A program made the position numbers and the translations under genes. From Salpingoeca rosetta (lineage: Eukaryota; Protista; Choanoflagellata), in contig JAWQFM010000002.1 in NCBI GenBank assembly GCA_033442325.1, forward strand, positions 275,954 to 339,953: a stretch of 64,000 nucleotides of DNA, read 5' to 3'. Numbering within the stretch: the stretch's first letter is position 1; each line of letters opens with the position of its first letter. The notes beneath the pieces were generated by a model. The model made no database searches. It was not told the origin of the DNA and saw only the letters and a program-made list of their open reading frames with translations. Shown one piece after another: positions 13,417 through 27,422 of the stretch.

Positions 13417-14181
13417 TGACCTTTGTGTAGAGCTCGTGAACGTCCTGGAAAAAGCCCTTGATGACATCATCTGCTTTCATGTCGTGCACCAGGAGGAAGC
13501 GTGTCTTCCCATTCACGGGAGTTCCCAGAAGTGTGCGTAAAGTCGGTTCCAAGAATCAAAGAGTGGCAAGGGCAAATAAGCAATCCCACCAAGCGTTTTC
13601 ATCACACATGCGTGGCGTTGGCGCGTGTGCGTGAGCAAGTGCGTCGTGTGAGCGTACGTGAGTGACCTTGTCTACAAATCAACGTGCGGTAGTCGGCCAG
13701 CACACGCAACGACACATACAGTCAGGCCAAGCGCAAAACAAAAAAAAATATATCGAGGGACGCCATACGCCCAGCTAGACCGCCAGCCATGCTTTCCTGG
13801 ACATGCATACACATACATATACATACAGGCCCGCAATGCACACAACAGCGTGGAACAAACCTTGCTTGGGGTAACGTAAGCAGAGACCATCCATTCGTTG
13901 AACCTATCCACCACCTTCAGGTACCTGTTGAACAACACAAACACGCGCGTGCGTGTGTGTATGTGTGTGTGTATTGAGAGTGAATGTGTGTGTGTGTATG
14001 CGTGCGTATGCGTGTTGTACGCGAGCGGTGGGGATGGCCAGGGAAAGGGAGCGTGCGTATGAGTGGCTTATTGGGGGAGGGCGTATTCACAGACATGTGC
14101 GCGCGTGTAACAGTGAGAGAGCCGAGGAATGAAGAACCAAACAGATGTACACAAGTCCGCAGGGAGATGGCCCAAAGCACC

Positions 14182-14255
<74 letters not shown>

Positions 14256-15011
14256 CGAAATGCTGTCAACGTGCATGCACACACAAACACACGCATGCTG
14301 ACATACGGCATGAAACACAACCACACGCCGCATGCACAGATGCGCACACACACACCCACACACCCACACCCACCCACACACACAAGTAAGCAAGTCAATC
14401 AAAACAAACACACAACATTTGCGTACATGTCCTTTGATTTCCACAACTGTTGATCCACAGCATCCAAGGCCGAGTGCGCTATGAACTGGTGAAGGTGCTT
14501 GCTCTCATCCTGTCGACCAAAAGCCACAGACACAGACACAGACACAGACACAGACGCGCACAGGCACGTACAGACACAGACGCAGACACAGACAAACACA
14601 TACGCGCGAGACGAAAACATAGCCACCCAAGAAAGTGACAACGTGCACACACATCCATGCACACGTTGTGAGCAATCGAGATGGTGGACAGTGTTACTGC
14701 AGCATGGTGTCTGGGTTGCAGCAGTTCACGATTCGCAGCCCACAACCATGCGAGCAAGCACGATGAGGACAGCACATGCAGACGAACTTCATGGTAAAAC
14801 ATCCCGCTTGCCCCACACAAAATGTCTCACCATCAATACACACACACACACACACCATGCACTCATGGCTCACCCTCTTGTCGTCTTGTGCGGGAGCTGC
14901 ATTGCCAAAGCTTTGCTCGTACAAGGGCTTGTCATTGGCAGACACAATCACAAAGTAACACCCCCCACCACCAATACCACCGCTGCCGTTGTTGGACGAA
15001 GTCATCGCCAT
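13035..15011 (-). CDS. TRAPPC2: Sedlin / TRAPP complex subunit 2, 5 exons
   Basis: Exons read YFVIVSANDKPLYE; HLHQFIAHSALDAVD; YLKVVDRFNEWMVSAYVT; TRFLLVHD...IKGFFQDVHELYTK; ALANPLL...ITSPRFHSRMDVLLRRFHT*. Confidence 0.93.
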
Positions 15012-15042
15012 CTTTGCTGAAAATTTATCGGTATCATCGCAA

Positions 15043-15297
15043 CTATTCTGACTCTACGCTGTTGTGGACGTGGAGTTGTTGTTGTTGCCGCCACCTGGTG
15101 CACAGCAACAGCACACGCTTGAGCTGCCCCTGCTTCTGTCGGAGAATGGCCTCAATCTCTCCTGCTCGTGCGTGTGGGTTGGGGGGGGGAGAAGAAGTAT
15201 GCGTTAGACAACGCTGTCCACAGGAACAGAGAGACAGAGATGCGAAGCCATAGGGAGACACACAGACACAGACACACAGTGACACACACACAGACAC

Positions 15298-15344
<47 letters not shown>

Positions 15345-15351
15345 CACACAC

Positions 15352-15421
<70 letters not shown>

Positions 15422-16707
15422 GTGCTGTGTCTCTCACCGCGGTCTCTGCAGTCTGCCTCGACATCAAGGAGATCCTGAAGACTGGCAATCTCCAGACGAA
15501 GGTCCACGCCATGCTGTAGTATCTGCCTCATCTTCACCAGGGCCGTCTGCACATCTTGCTCTCGCCCTCTCGCAGTACCGCAAGCACCAACACCCAAAGT
15601 GGCCACGGCATTCCGCGTGAGGTCGTGCTTCATCGCCGTTGTGTTCGCAACATCCCCAGGAGCCCCAGTCGATGTCGCTCTTAATCCCCCATGCATGGGC
15701 AGGTGCTGCTGATGTGAGGCGAGCGCGTTTGGCCATAATGGCGGCATTGGTGGTGTTGACACCTGATTCCCGCCACGGCCTGGCATGCCTCTTGCTATCG
15801 CTGTCTTCTTCATCCGCGCTCGCCTCAACACCGGCGAGAGACGCATTGGCACGGCCTCATCCCACCGTCCACTCCCATCGCCATCGCCATCATCACTTCG
15901 ATCACCACCACCATCACCACCACCATCGGTACCAACACGACCGGCATCACGCTCGCCTTCAGAGTGCTCATGGAGCACACTACCACCGGCGCGACCACCT
16001 GCCCCAGCCCACATCCACACACGGGCGCAGCTCCCATTCTCACCCGTCGCACCATGTCTTCTGCCTTGTCTCCAAACTGCCCGGCGGTGGCGGGCACGGC
16101 CAACAAATGCCCGCCATCTGTATACTGCCCAGCGCATGAGGTGGTGCCGCCGCTGCTCCCGTCGCCCGCCCTCGGCAACAACACGAGCGTCAATCGCACG
16201 CGCCCGTGTATCGGCCAACTTGCCACATGGAAGGGGACAGCACAAAGCATGGGTGTGAGTGAGTGAGTGAGTGAGTGAGTGAGTGAGTGAGTGAGTGCGT
16301 GAGTGAGTGAGTGAGTGAGTGAGTGAGTGAGTGAGTGAGTGAGTGAGTGAGTGCGTGAGTGAGTGAGTGAGTGAGTGAGTTTGCGTTCTTTTCGTTCTCT
16401 TTTCAACAAGATAAATCAAATCAAACCACAACACCACAACGCAAAGCCACACGCTCACCTGGACGATGTGCTGAAGTCCAATGCGCTGCAGCTGTGCTGT
16501 CCGCCACTCGAGCACCCGCTGTCGCAGCGCGGCGTGGTGCCGGTGGCAGTGGTACGACTGTACCAGGCGCGCGAAATATTTGCGTTGGAGCCGAAATGCC
16601 CACATGGACAGCGCAAGCCGCTCCATGTCTGACAGGTGAGCAGGTGTGGTGTGACAGTGGGGGGGGGGGCTAGTGTGAGACGAACATGGAGCAGTAGTTG
16701 TCAGTGT

Positions 16708-16762
<55 letters not shown>

Positions 16763-19743
16763 TGTGTGTGTGTGTGTGGGTGTGACGGCAGTTCGAAGCC
16801 TGAATGGACAGACTGCACAGGCAATCACACCAATGGATGGAAGGTAGCAAAACAACCAAGATGAGACACGAACGAAAATACAGATATACAAACCAATACA
16901 CAAGCACAGATATTTACACAAAAAAGACACACAGTGAATGCGCTGTTGCTGTAGCCAGCGTTGCCGCCAGATGCGAAAGACGGCCCGCTGCGTCCGACAC
17001 GCAGTCCAATCTTTCGCCCTGTTGTGATGGCGCAGACAAGCAAGGACTGCAGTGAGAATCAGCGAGAATCGACAAAGGGTGAAAAAAGAGCAGAGGCCAG
17101 CCGGCACACAGACACACAGACACACAGACACACAGACACACACATACACACATACACACATACATACACACATACATACACAGACACAGACACAGACAGA
17201 CAGACACATATACAGCCCTACCGCTGGGCAAGGGCACGCTTGTGGCGTTGGTGAAGAACGTGTGTACGCATACTATCCACGCTCCGCCGCAGGAGACGCT
17301 GGCGATCGTGTGCACAGCTGCGTTCCCACTTTGCGCGCGCATGTGCTTGTAATACACGCCCACGCCGCCATGCATTCAAACACGATGCCAACCGCTTCCA
17401 GTCCCGTGCACGCGTGTGTTGCTCGCAAGCACGTGCCAGTGCCTGCTGCTTCGCGCGCGTGTGCGCAAGTGCAGATTGCATGCGACGCAATGCCGTTCTC
17501 ATCACGGCGGCGTTGTGGTGGCCGGCTGCCTGCCGTGCTGCGTTGCACCGCGCACGCCACAAATGCAGATATCGCCGCTGCAGCTGCAGGTGCCTCTGCT
17601 GCATTGCACGGCGTGTTGACAGTCGCTGCGTGCGCATGTGTGCAGTGAGCGCGCGCCACCTGTCCCACACCCGGCTCTCAAGGCGCTGCTGCTGCTGTCT
17701 CGTCACGTGCACGGCCACGCTGGCAATGTGCTGTCGATGCTGAAACCTCCCCTGCCACCGCCGCCACGCCACAGCCACCGCCCACCGCTCGTGTGCAGCC
17801 GCTGCGCATGTGTACACGTGTTGGAGCTGCAGCTGTTGCCTCCACGCGCCGTGCCAACGCCGCCACGCCGACCACACCAGCCACCCTTCATGCTGGCACG
17901 CCGCCACCTCCACCTGTGCCGCTCGCACGCGTTGCTGCTGCCAGTGGCTGCGCCACGTGCGAAATGCGCGAACGAGCACCGTGCCTGCAAGCAACGCATC
18001 GGCGTCTGGCAGGAGCTCCCTCTCCTTCATTCGCCCGCGCGCGCGCTCTCTCCAACGGTCAAGCGCGGCGCTTTGCACATGACGCCATCGAAACGCGGTG
18101 GACGCCCTGTCCAGTGCGCGTGCGTGGCGCCTTTCCTTTGTCAGTGTTCGCCAGTGCGCGAGGCAGGTTGGCACCGCCTTCATGCGCCAGTGATGGTCTG
18201 CAATTGCCGACAGCGGGGCGATGCGTCGTGCTGTTGTCAGTGCTTTGTGCCACGCCAGCCACGTACGCGTGAGGGTGGAGCGCTGGTGGTGCCTGATGGC
18301 GGTGATGACGCGTGGCTGCATGGCAATGGCCTCTTGTTGGTCGTGCGCCAGCCGCCACGCCGCTAGCGCTGTTGAGAGGAGGTTGTGGCGCCTGTGCGCA
18401 TAAGCCGCGTGTTCGCGCTCGCGTGACTGCCGAGCGTGATGTGCACGCACGCGCATTGCATGGAGCGTTCGCAGGAGCAGCAGCGGCGCCCGCACGCGGG
18501 TGTGGAAATCTGCCGTCATGCGTGCATCTGTCTGCACAAGCTGCAGTGTTGTCCGCCAGCGTGACATGGTGTTGCGGCACACATGCCGGCGGTGTAGCTG
18601 CAGTGCCGTGTTTGACATTGCGCGCACGCGCTGCTGATGGGCAGCGTGCGCCCTCCAAAGGTGCAGGTGGCGGCGCTGGCAATGAACTGTCCTGTCGAAG
18701 GTGTACGACGCGAGGCGCGAGTACAGGTGACGAACAGCTGCCAGGCGCGCTCGCCACCGTTGCAGGTGCTGGTGCGCACGCAGGCGAGCAGCGATGGGCT
18801 GCAGGGTGGCGGCTCGCTCGGCAAGAAGGCGCTTCTTTGCACACGTGCACCACCAGCGCTGCAGGGCTGCACGCGCTCGCACCGCATCCATGTGGGGGTG
18901 GCTGGCTTGCTCCAGGCGTCGTAGCTCAGCGACGAGGTGTAGTCGGCGCTGCCAAAGGCGCAGTGCAGCGTGCATCTGCATGGAGCGATGGAAGGCGTTC
19001 GCGGCATGGCCGTCCGCCTGGCGCTGGCGGAGCAGCTGCTGCCGCTGGCGCCACAGCTCAAAGGCTTGCTTCATGAGCAGGGCATCACGGAAGCTGTTGG
19101 CCACGGCGTAGTTTGCCAGGTCCTGGCGCCGTTGCGGCCGCAGTCGCAGCCAGCGATCCCAGCATCGCCGCAGCATCATGTGTCTGTGGAACACCTGGGC
19201 GCGGATGCCCCGCCTCCACTCGGTCGTTTCTTGGCTCAGCCGCAGCTCGTGCGCTGCCGCCGATAGGAGCGAAGAGCCTGCTTCAGGCGACATTGGGCTT
19301 GGGCTTGGGCTTGGGCTTGTCTTCCTCGCAGCTGCTGTTGGTGTTCCTGTGGGTGGTGTAGGCGTGCTTGTGATTGGTGATTTTGTTGTGCCCGGTCGTG
19401 CAGCTGATTGGTTGCGTGCAGCAGTGGCATTGCTAGAGTTCTTTGGGTCGTCTGGTGTTGTGATAGTTGTGCCAAGGTTGTGCTTGGCGCGGATCAGCTG
19501 CAACAATGCGGCTGCGTCCACAGCTGCTTCATCATCATCTTCTGCTTGCAGCGGTTGTTGGTGCGGTCGTTGTTGTTGTCTCTGTTGTTGTTGTTGCAGT
19601 GGTTCAGACAGTTGGGGTATGCGGCTTTCCCATGAGGTAGGGAATGCAGTGTCATCGGCGGCGGTTCTATGCTGTGAACTGCTGTCAGTCACCGCGGCAG
19701 TGCCAGTTCTGTGACCAGCACCGTCTCGGTCATGGCTCGCCAT
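15043..19743 (-). CDS. SFI1-like centrin-binding repeat protein, about 5 exons
   Basis: More than 15 Arg/His-rich ~33-aa helical repeats ending in (L/F)xxW(R/K), e.g. LLMKQAFELWRQ, LLSTALAAWRL, VLVRAFRTWRS, LASCLNAWRR. The last junction G|GAGAG is in phase. Confidence 0.78.
16255..16380. repeat. (GAGT)n intronic microsatellite
   Basis: Direct reading. Confidence 0.95.
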
Positions 19744-19957
19744 CCCATCCCCCAACCACAGCCAAGCAAGCACAGCGACAAGCAGTGAGTGGAGTTGTGG
19801 TGCGCCGTCTTGTTGCCTTCTTCCGCCTTGGTGCCGTTAGTGAAGATTGGTCATATTTCCCGATACTTTTCATGAACCACAACCAAAGACGATGGGCCTG
19901 AGCGACATCCTGCTTGCAGCGTGAGCGTGCTGCTGTTGCATGCTATGCTGTTGGTGC

Positions 19958-20955
<998 letters not shown>

Positions 20956-20959
<4 letters not shown>

Positions 20960-21979
20960 AGCAGCATCTCTTGGGAGCTGTCACCGTTTGCCGCTGGCAC
21001 AGCCGAGACTGGTGGCACCTGTGCTGACGACGATGCTGCTGTTGCTGCTGGTGTTGTGCTGGACTTGGCAGCAGAGGCCGTGGATGTGTTATTTGTCTTC
21101 AGTTTTGTCTGCAGCAGCCGAGCAGTGTGCACACAGTCACCATGTTCTTCCTGCATTGTGTGAGGTGTGGCGGTGTTGGACGGTGTTGTGGTGAGCAATA
21201 CGGTGGATGGTGGTGGCAAGGAGAAGCGAGATCGTGATGGCGAGGGGAGAGCAGTGGTGGTGGCAAGGGTGGTGGTGGCAGTGATGAAGGTGGCAGTGAT
21301 GGTAGCGATGGTAATGGATGCGTGCGCGTCACCGCACGGCGTTGGGAGGGAGAGAGAAAGCAAACGGCGACGGGATGCGAGAATGAGTTGAGTTGATACC
21401 AGTTACAGTGTGTGTGCGTGCATGTGAATATGAGTTGTTTAATGCCAGGTCTGCGCGTGTGTGTGTGTGTGTGCATAAGTAATACGAACCTTAAAGCCTT
21501 CCATGTTGTCAGCAATGGTTTCATACACGCTGAATCTGAATGACAATCACCATCAACCAAGCGTGTGAGGGAGAAAGGCCTCGACATGCACACATGCGAG
21601 AGAGCAGCAGCCACTTTGGGCGTGTGTGAGTGTGTGTGTGTGTGTATTCTCTGTGTGTGAACAGTTCGTAGAGGGGCATCTGTTGCTGGTTGCATCAACT
21701 CACTGCTGTGCTGCGCCCTTGATGTCACCGTGCTCAAAGAGCATGACAGCGTAGTTGATGTGTGTGATGGGGTCACTCCTGTCCACGGCATGAGCACGTG
21801 AGGGCGCGTGAGTGTGATGCGAAACCACACGACCAAGGCCATACAGGGTACATGGGCACGCATACACATGTGCGCACAGGAGGTGAGAGGGAGACTGCAT
21901 GTGCGTGTGCTTGTGTGTTTGAGTAATGCTCTCTCATCTCTCACACACGTACACACATACACGTACACACACACACACA

Positions 21980-22010
<31 letters not shown>

Positions 22011-22040
22011 GTACACACACACACACACACACACACAGAG

Positions 22041-22090
<50 letters not shown>

Positions 22091-23388
22091 GCACACACGG
22101 GTCGAGTTGGATTGCGCGCTTGAAAGCGGTGTCTGCGCTCTCTGGATCCTTGAGATTGTGCAGGGTGACGCCAAGCAGGCCATACGCGGGCGCAAACTTC
22201 GGCCGGAGCTTCACAGATGCGCTGAAGAAGTGGTAGGCGGAGGCGTGCTGGCCAACGGTGAGGTGGACCAGACCGAGGTTGAACGCAACCATCCACTCGA
22301 ATGGAGCAAGGTACGCTGCACGCTTCAGGCACGCAATGGCCTAGCAGTTGTGGTGGTGGTGGTGATGACGAAGGTGGTGATGAGAGAGAGAGAGAGTGTG
22401 TGTGTGTGTGCGTATGTGTGAGGAGGGAGAAGGGACACGCCATTGTGCGTGGCATGCATGTTGATGTGGTTGCGATGTGGGTGTGAATCGTGGACAAGAG
22501 GAATATAACAAGGGAGAGCAGCGCAAAAAGAGGATGTGGCGACGAGCTGGCGAACAAGAGTCAACTATAACTGGGGATGCAAAGGGACAGAATGTCCACA
22601 TTGCAAGAAGAGGCGCCTGCCAGTAACAGTGGTTGCACAACGCACCGCCACATATTTCTGCTTTCCAAAGAAGCACATGCCAATGTTGTTCCACAGCTCT
22701 GCTGATTCTGGCGTCAGCACTGTATGTGTGTGTGCAGTGTGCGTGTGTGCATGTGTGTGTGTGTGTGTGCATGTGTGTGTGTGTGTGTGCGTGTGAATGT
22801 TCGAAGAAGGTGCAATGAGAAATACAGCCACGATACCGCAATCTCCCATCTCCACCCCACACTCCACACCCCAATACACCCCCGCGTGTGTACGCTGCAC
22901 CTGCCGAGATGCGGTATTTAACGAGTGCGACGTCGTAGTCCTCGTTGTCTTGGATGATGGACGCAGCGGCGAGAATTGCCTGTTGTGCGCAACATGGCCG
23001 GTGGAGGTTGCGATAAAGGAGAGGAGGCGAGGGGTTGAGTGTAGAGAGGTGTACATGGGCAGTCGGAACAAGCACGAGCGGGTTCTGCTGCGTACACGGC
23101 TGATGGCACAACACAACAAATCCACGACATCTGGAAGTCATATGCATCGATCACCACCACCACTACCACCACCACATGCAACATACACTCCAACCATCAC
23201 CACCAGCACCAACACCAGCACCACTGCCACGCCGACCGCCATCACGCCACCGCACCCGTGTGTCGCGCGGATCGTATGTGAGGCAGGTGCCAAAGAGCTC
23301 AAAGGCGCGACTGGGCTGCCCCATCCGCAGATACAGCAGCCCAAGACTTGTCATGATCTCCGTGTCCTCGGGAGAGATCCTGCACCAC

Positions 23389-23466
<78 letters not shown>

Positions 23467-24007
23467 CGGAAGAGGTGTAACACACAGCCCACAGCACGCT
23501 GCCGGCCACCAGCACCAAATGTCAAACCCTCACGACGATACACCTCTCCATGACACCACCCCCCTTCCCCCTCGTCTCCACTGTCGACGCGCAACTGCAA
23601 CAACGGGTGCGCACTTGAGAGCCTCCTCGTATGCCTTGGCAGCACCGGGCAGATCCGATGTGAGGATGCGAACACGCGCCAGCTGCTGCAGCGACAGCGC
23701 ATTGTTGTAGATGGCGAGTGCGCGCCCAAGCAGCTGCTCGGCCTGGTCGTATTGCTTCAGCCGCACGTGGCACATGCTCTTGTCGTGGTGTACCCGCTGC
23801 AATACGCAGGCGAGAGTTGAGAGCGGGGGGGGGCGCAATCACCGTGTGGATGCACATGTGTGTGTGTGTGTGAAAGTACTTGTGTGCGTGATTTCTGTGT
23901 AAGCTGCGCTTGCTGCACGGGTGCACTGCCACCCCCACTGTTTCCGCACACTCAGACAGGGGGCGGAATCACCGTGTGGATGCACATGTGTGTGTGTGTG
24001 AAAGTAC

Positions 24008-24041
<34 letters not shown>

Positions 24042-25450
24042 TTTCTGTGCAAGCTGCGCTTGCTGCACATGTGCACTGCCACCCCCACTGTTTCCGCACA
24101 CTCAGCACCGAGGAGCAACAAGTAGGTGGTGATGCCTTACCCAGCTGCTGACGCCAATCTCTGCGGCCTGGTCAAACACGTCCAGTGCCGCCCGGAACTT
24201 GCCGCTCAGATACCTGCACGACGTGTAGTGATGTGTGTGTATGGGGGGGGGGGTGTGGGTGTTGTTGTTGTTGTTGTTGTTGGAGGGGGGGGGGGAGCGT
24301 GTTCGTAGAGACACATAGCCATGTGTTATTAGAGGAGGAAAGAAATGCAAGCAACCATGGACAAGGGCACAGAGACAGACAAAAGCGAACAACTAGGCAT
24401 GCACACAGACAGACAGACAGACGGACAGACATACACACAGACACACGCACACAGACATACACACAGACACACGCACACACACACACGTACATACACACAC
24501 ACACACAGACGCAGACGCTCAGACACGGCGTACAGGCAGCGGGCGATTTGGAGTGCAGCGTGGTGGTTTGTTGGTCGCAATCTGAGGACTTCCTGGAAGG
24601 CGGTCTGGGCCTCCTTGAGCTGTCCTTGGGCTTTCAGGATCATCCCTGTTGGTGATATGGGGAAGGAGAATGAGTTGCAGAAAGAGGGCCGCATTGCATG
24701 TGGGCAAGTCATGCCCATGGTGCAGCCTGCGACACTACACACAGGCATCACACACGCACGCACACATCGTTAACACACGCACACACACACAGACAAACAC
24801 ACAGACACAAACATGTCATGAAACCAGGCTCACCTCGAACATAAAGGGCATAGTCGCACTGACTCTGGGACCGTTGAAGTGCGAGCTCGATGAGCTTCTG
24901 TGAAAAGGTTCAGTTGAGTCAAAGGAGACAAGATGATGAGGCTGGTTTGTCGGCGACAGATTGACATATGCGAGACCGTGCATGAGAGAGACACTGATGG
25001 CGAGCCAGAGTGTGCATGTCACTGCCCTCTTCCCAAGCCTGCCTGAGTCCGAGCACGCTTCACGTACGTCGCAGTCATCGAAGCGCTGCTCCGTGTACAG
25101 CTGGTGAATGCGCCAGTTCAACGCATCGTAGTTCTCCAGCTTTGACTCTGCACAGGGGGGAGGGGGTGTGGTGAGGCAGAGGTGTGTGTTGATGGAGGGG
25201 AGTGAGAGAGAGAGAGGGGAGAGGTGCCAGGAGCCCGACCAACAATCCACACCAGCACAACAAGCAACACACACCGCACAACAATCCCTCATTCACCGTT
25301 GTCAGGCATACCTTTTGATCTTGCCGCCCTCCTTCGCCGCCTCGGCTTTGACCCTGCTGTGGATGCTGTCGTGGAAGCAGCCGCATCACTTCCTTCCTCC
25401 TCCTCCTGCTGCTGCCGGGCTGGATCTCCAGCCTCGCCCTTGCCATCCAT
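20956..25450 (-). CDS. BBS4: Bardet-Biedl syndrome 4 protein (BBSome TPR subunit), multi-exon
   Basis: Exons include [25 protein letters not shown]...[79 protein letters not shown] and INYAVML. Confidence 0.95.
23837..24105. repeat. Tandem duplication of a ~120-140 bp unit inside a BBS4 intron
   Basis: aatcaccgtgtggatgcacatg...gaaagtacttgtg...gcactgccacccccactgtttccgcacactcag occurs at about 23837-23956 and 23967-24105, differing mainly in TG tract length. Confidence 0.9.
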
Positions 25451-25563
25451 CTTCACTCCCTTGCCTCTGCTGGCTGGTCCTTGCAACGGCGGTATCGCTT
25501 CTTCTTGTTGTCTTGTGTGTATCTCTGCCGCCACTTTCAAAGTTTTCTCGCGTTTGTGTGTGT

Positions 25564-25576
25564 GTTGTTTGGCAAC
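25564..25576. promoter_or_regulatory. X-box-like (RFX) element in the BBS4/DNAAF3 bidirectional promoter
   Basis: GTTGTTTGGCAAC contains the strong half-site TGGCAAC (GTTGCCA on the minus strand) and lies centrally in the 251-bp gap between two ciliary genes. Confidence 0.55.
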
Positions 25577-25701
25577 GGATACAAGCCAACAACACGCAAG
25601 ACCACCAACACAGCCGAGCAAGCAAGCAAGCTACAAAGGGAGCAGCATCAGACAGCGACCAACAACAACAACAACAGTGCCAGTGCAACTTGCGGGCCAT
25701 C

Positions 25702-26052
25702 ATGAGTGAGGGTGTGGGGCGCGTGGCTTGGTGGGGGCTGTCCCCCGCGATGGACCCTGTGACGACGCTTTTGGATGCCGAGGTGGTGCAGGCGGACGGA
25801 GACGAGCCCATCAACGTGCTGCTCGTTGGGGCGAGCGACTGCCGCCACATGCTGAAGATGTTGGCTGCTGCAAAGCGAGGCGACCCGCCATACAACAAAG
25901 GGCGGCAAGTGAACGTGTATGTGGTGGAGAGTCGCATGGAAGTGGTGGCACGCCACCTCCTCTTGCTCAGCATCGCTATGAAGCCAACAGAGGTAATGAA
26001 TGGACAGCCAAGGGAAGCGGGGGAGGGGGTTGGTTGGCTCGTACTTGTTCAT

Positions 26053-26110
<58 letters not shown>

Positions 26111-26465
26111 GCGTGTGTGTGTGCGTGTGCGTGTGCGTGTGCGTGTGCGGGTGCGTGTGCGTGTGCGTGTGCGTGTGCGTGTGCGTGTGCGTGTGTGTGT
26201 GCGTGTGTAGTTGTTGTGCGTGTGCGGATACGCTTACCTCGTTTGTTAATGTACCTGTACCACCTTACAAGTTGCCGTTCACAACGGTGTGATCTGCTCA
26301 TGCTACAGGAGCTTGGGTTGCAAGAGCGCACCCATCTCTTCCTCGAACTCTTTGGGAACAGTCATGTCCGGTGAGCGGCCAGTGGTCAACAACGATAGCA
26401 GCGCTTGCGCGCATATCCACACGAAACACGAAAGCATGCTCATTCCATACGCACAAGTGCACTCG

Positions 26466-26524
<59 letters not shown>

Positions 26525-27352
26525 GCATTGCATTTGGCAGACCTGTGACCAACGAGTTTCTGTGCCAAGAAGCGACCCGCCTCATCCGGCTGGTACGTTT
26601 GCCAGCCACAGAGTGTCGTTGTTATGTTCAGTGATGTGATGCATTTCATCTGCTTTGTGATTCACCAGCTCGCAGTTGACTCACCGCCCCCTCGTCTGTC
26701 TGTCTGTCTGTCTGTCTGTCTCTGTCTCTGTGGTACAGGTGACGGACCCCGATGAGATGCAGCAACAGATGCCGTGGTTCCGCATCAACCACCTCAAGTT
26801 TCGCGAATGCGATGACTTGGAAGCCATTCTCAAGTTCTGGCGCACCGATGACACAGAGTACGCAGTCTTTGGTCGTGTTTTGTGTGTGCACGTGTGGTGT
26901 GTGTGTGTGTGTGTGGTGCAAGTGTGTACACGTGTATACACGGGTGAATACGCAGACACATGTGCATATGTGTGGATGAGTGTGGCGCTTCTGTCTTGCC
27001 CTCACGAACGCTGTTGTTCGCACGCTTCTGACCATCAGGGTGTTTCCCATCGCAGCACACTGGGACGAGCGCCTACGCAGGTAGCCATTGCAACAATGCA
27101 CACACACATACACATACACGTAAGCGCACACATTTGCGTATACACAAAAGAATACACACACACACACATTTACGCACACATTTACGTACACGCCCACACA
27201 TGCCACCGGCTGTACCCTCACTTCAACACCGCGCTCGTGCCAGCTTCTACAAGCAGCGGTATGACGTGCGGACGAATTTGTACGACTGGGACTATTCGAT
27301 GAACATCAGCGAGAAGGCGCCCATCATTAACGCCAGGCAGTTTGCACGATGG

Positions 27353-27422
<70 letters not shown>

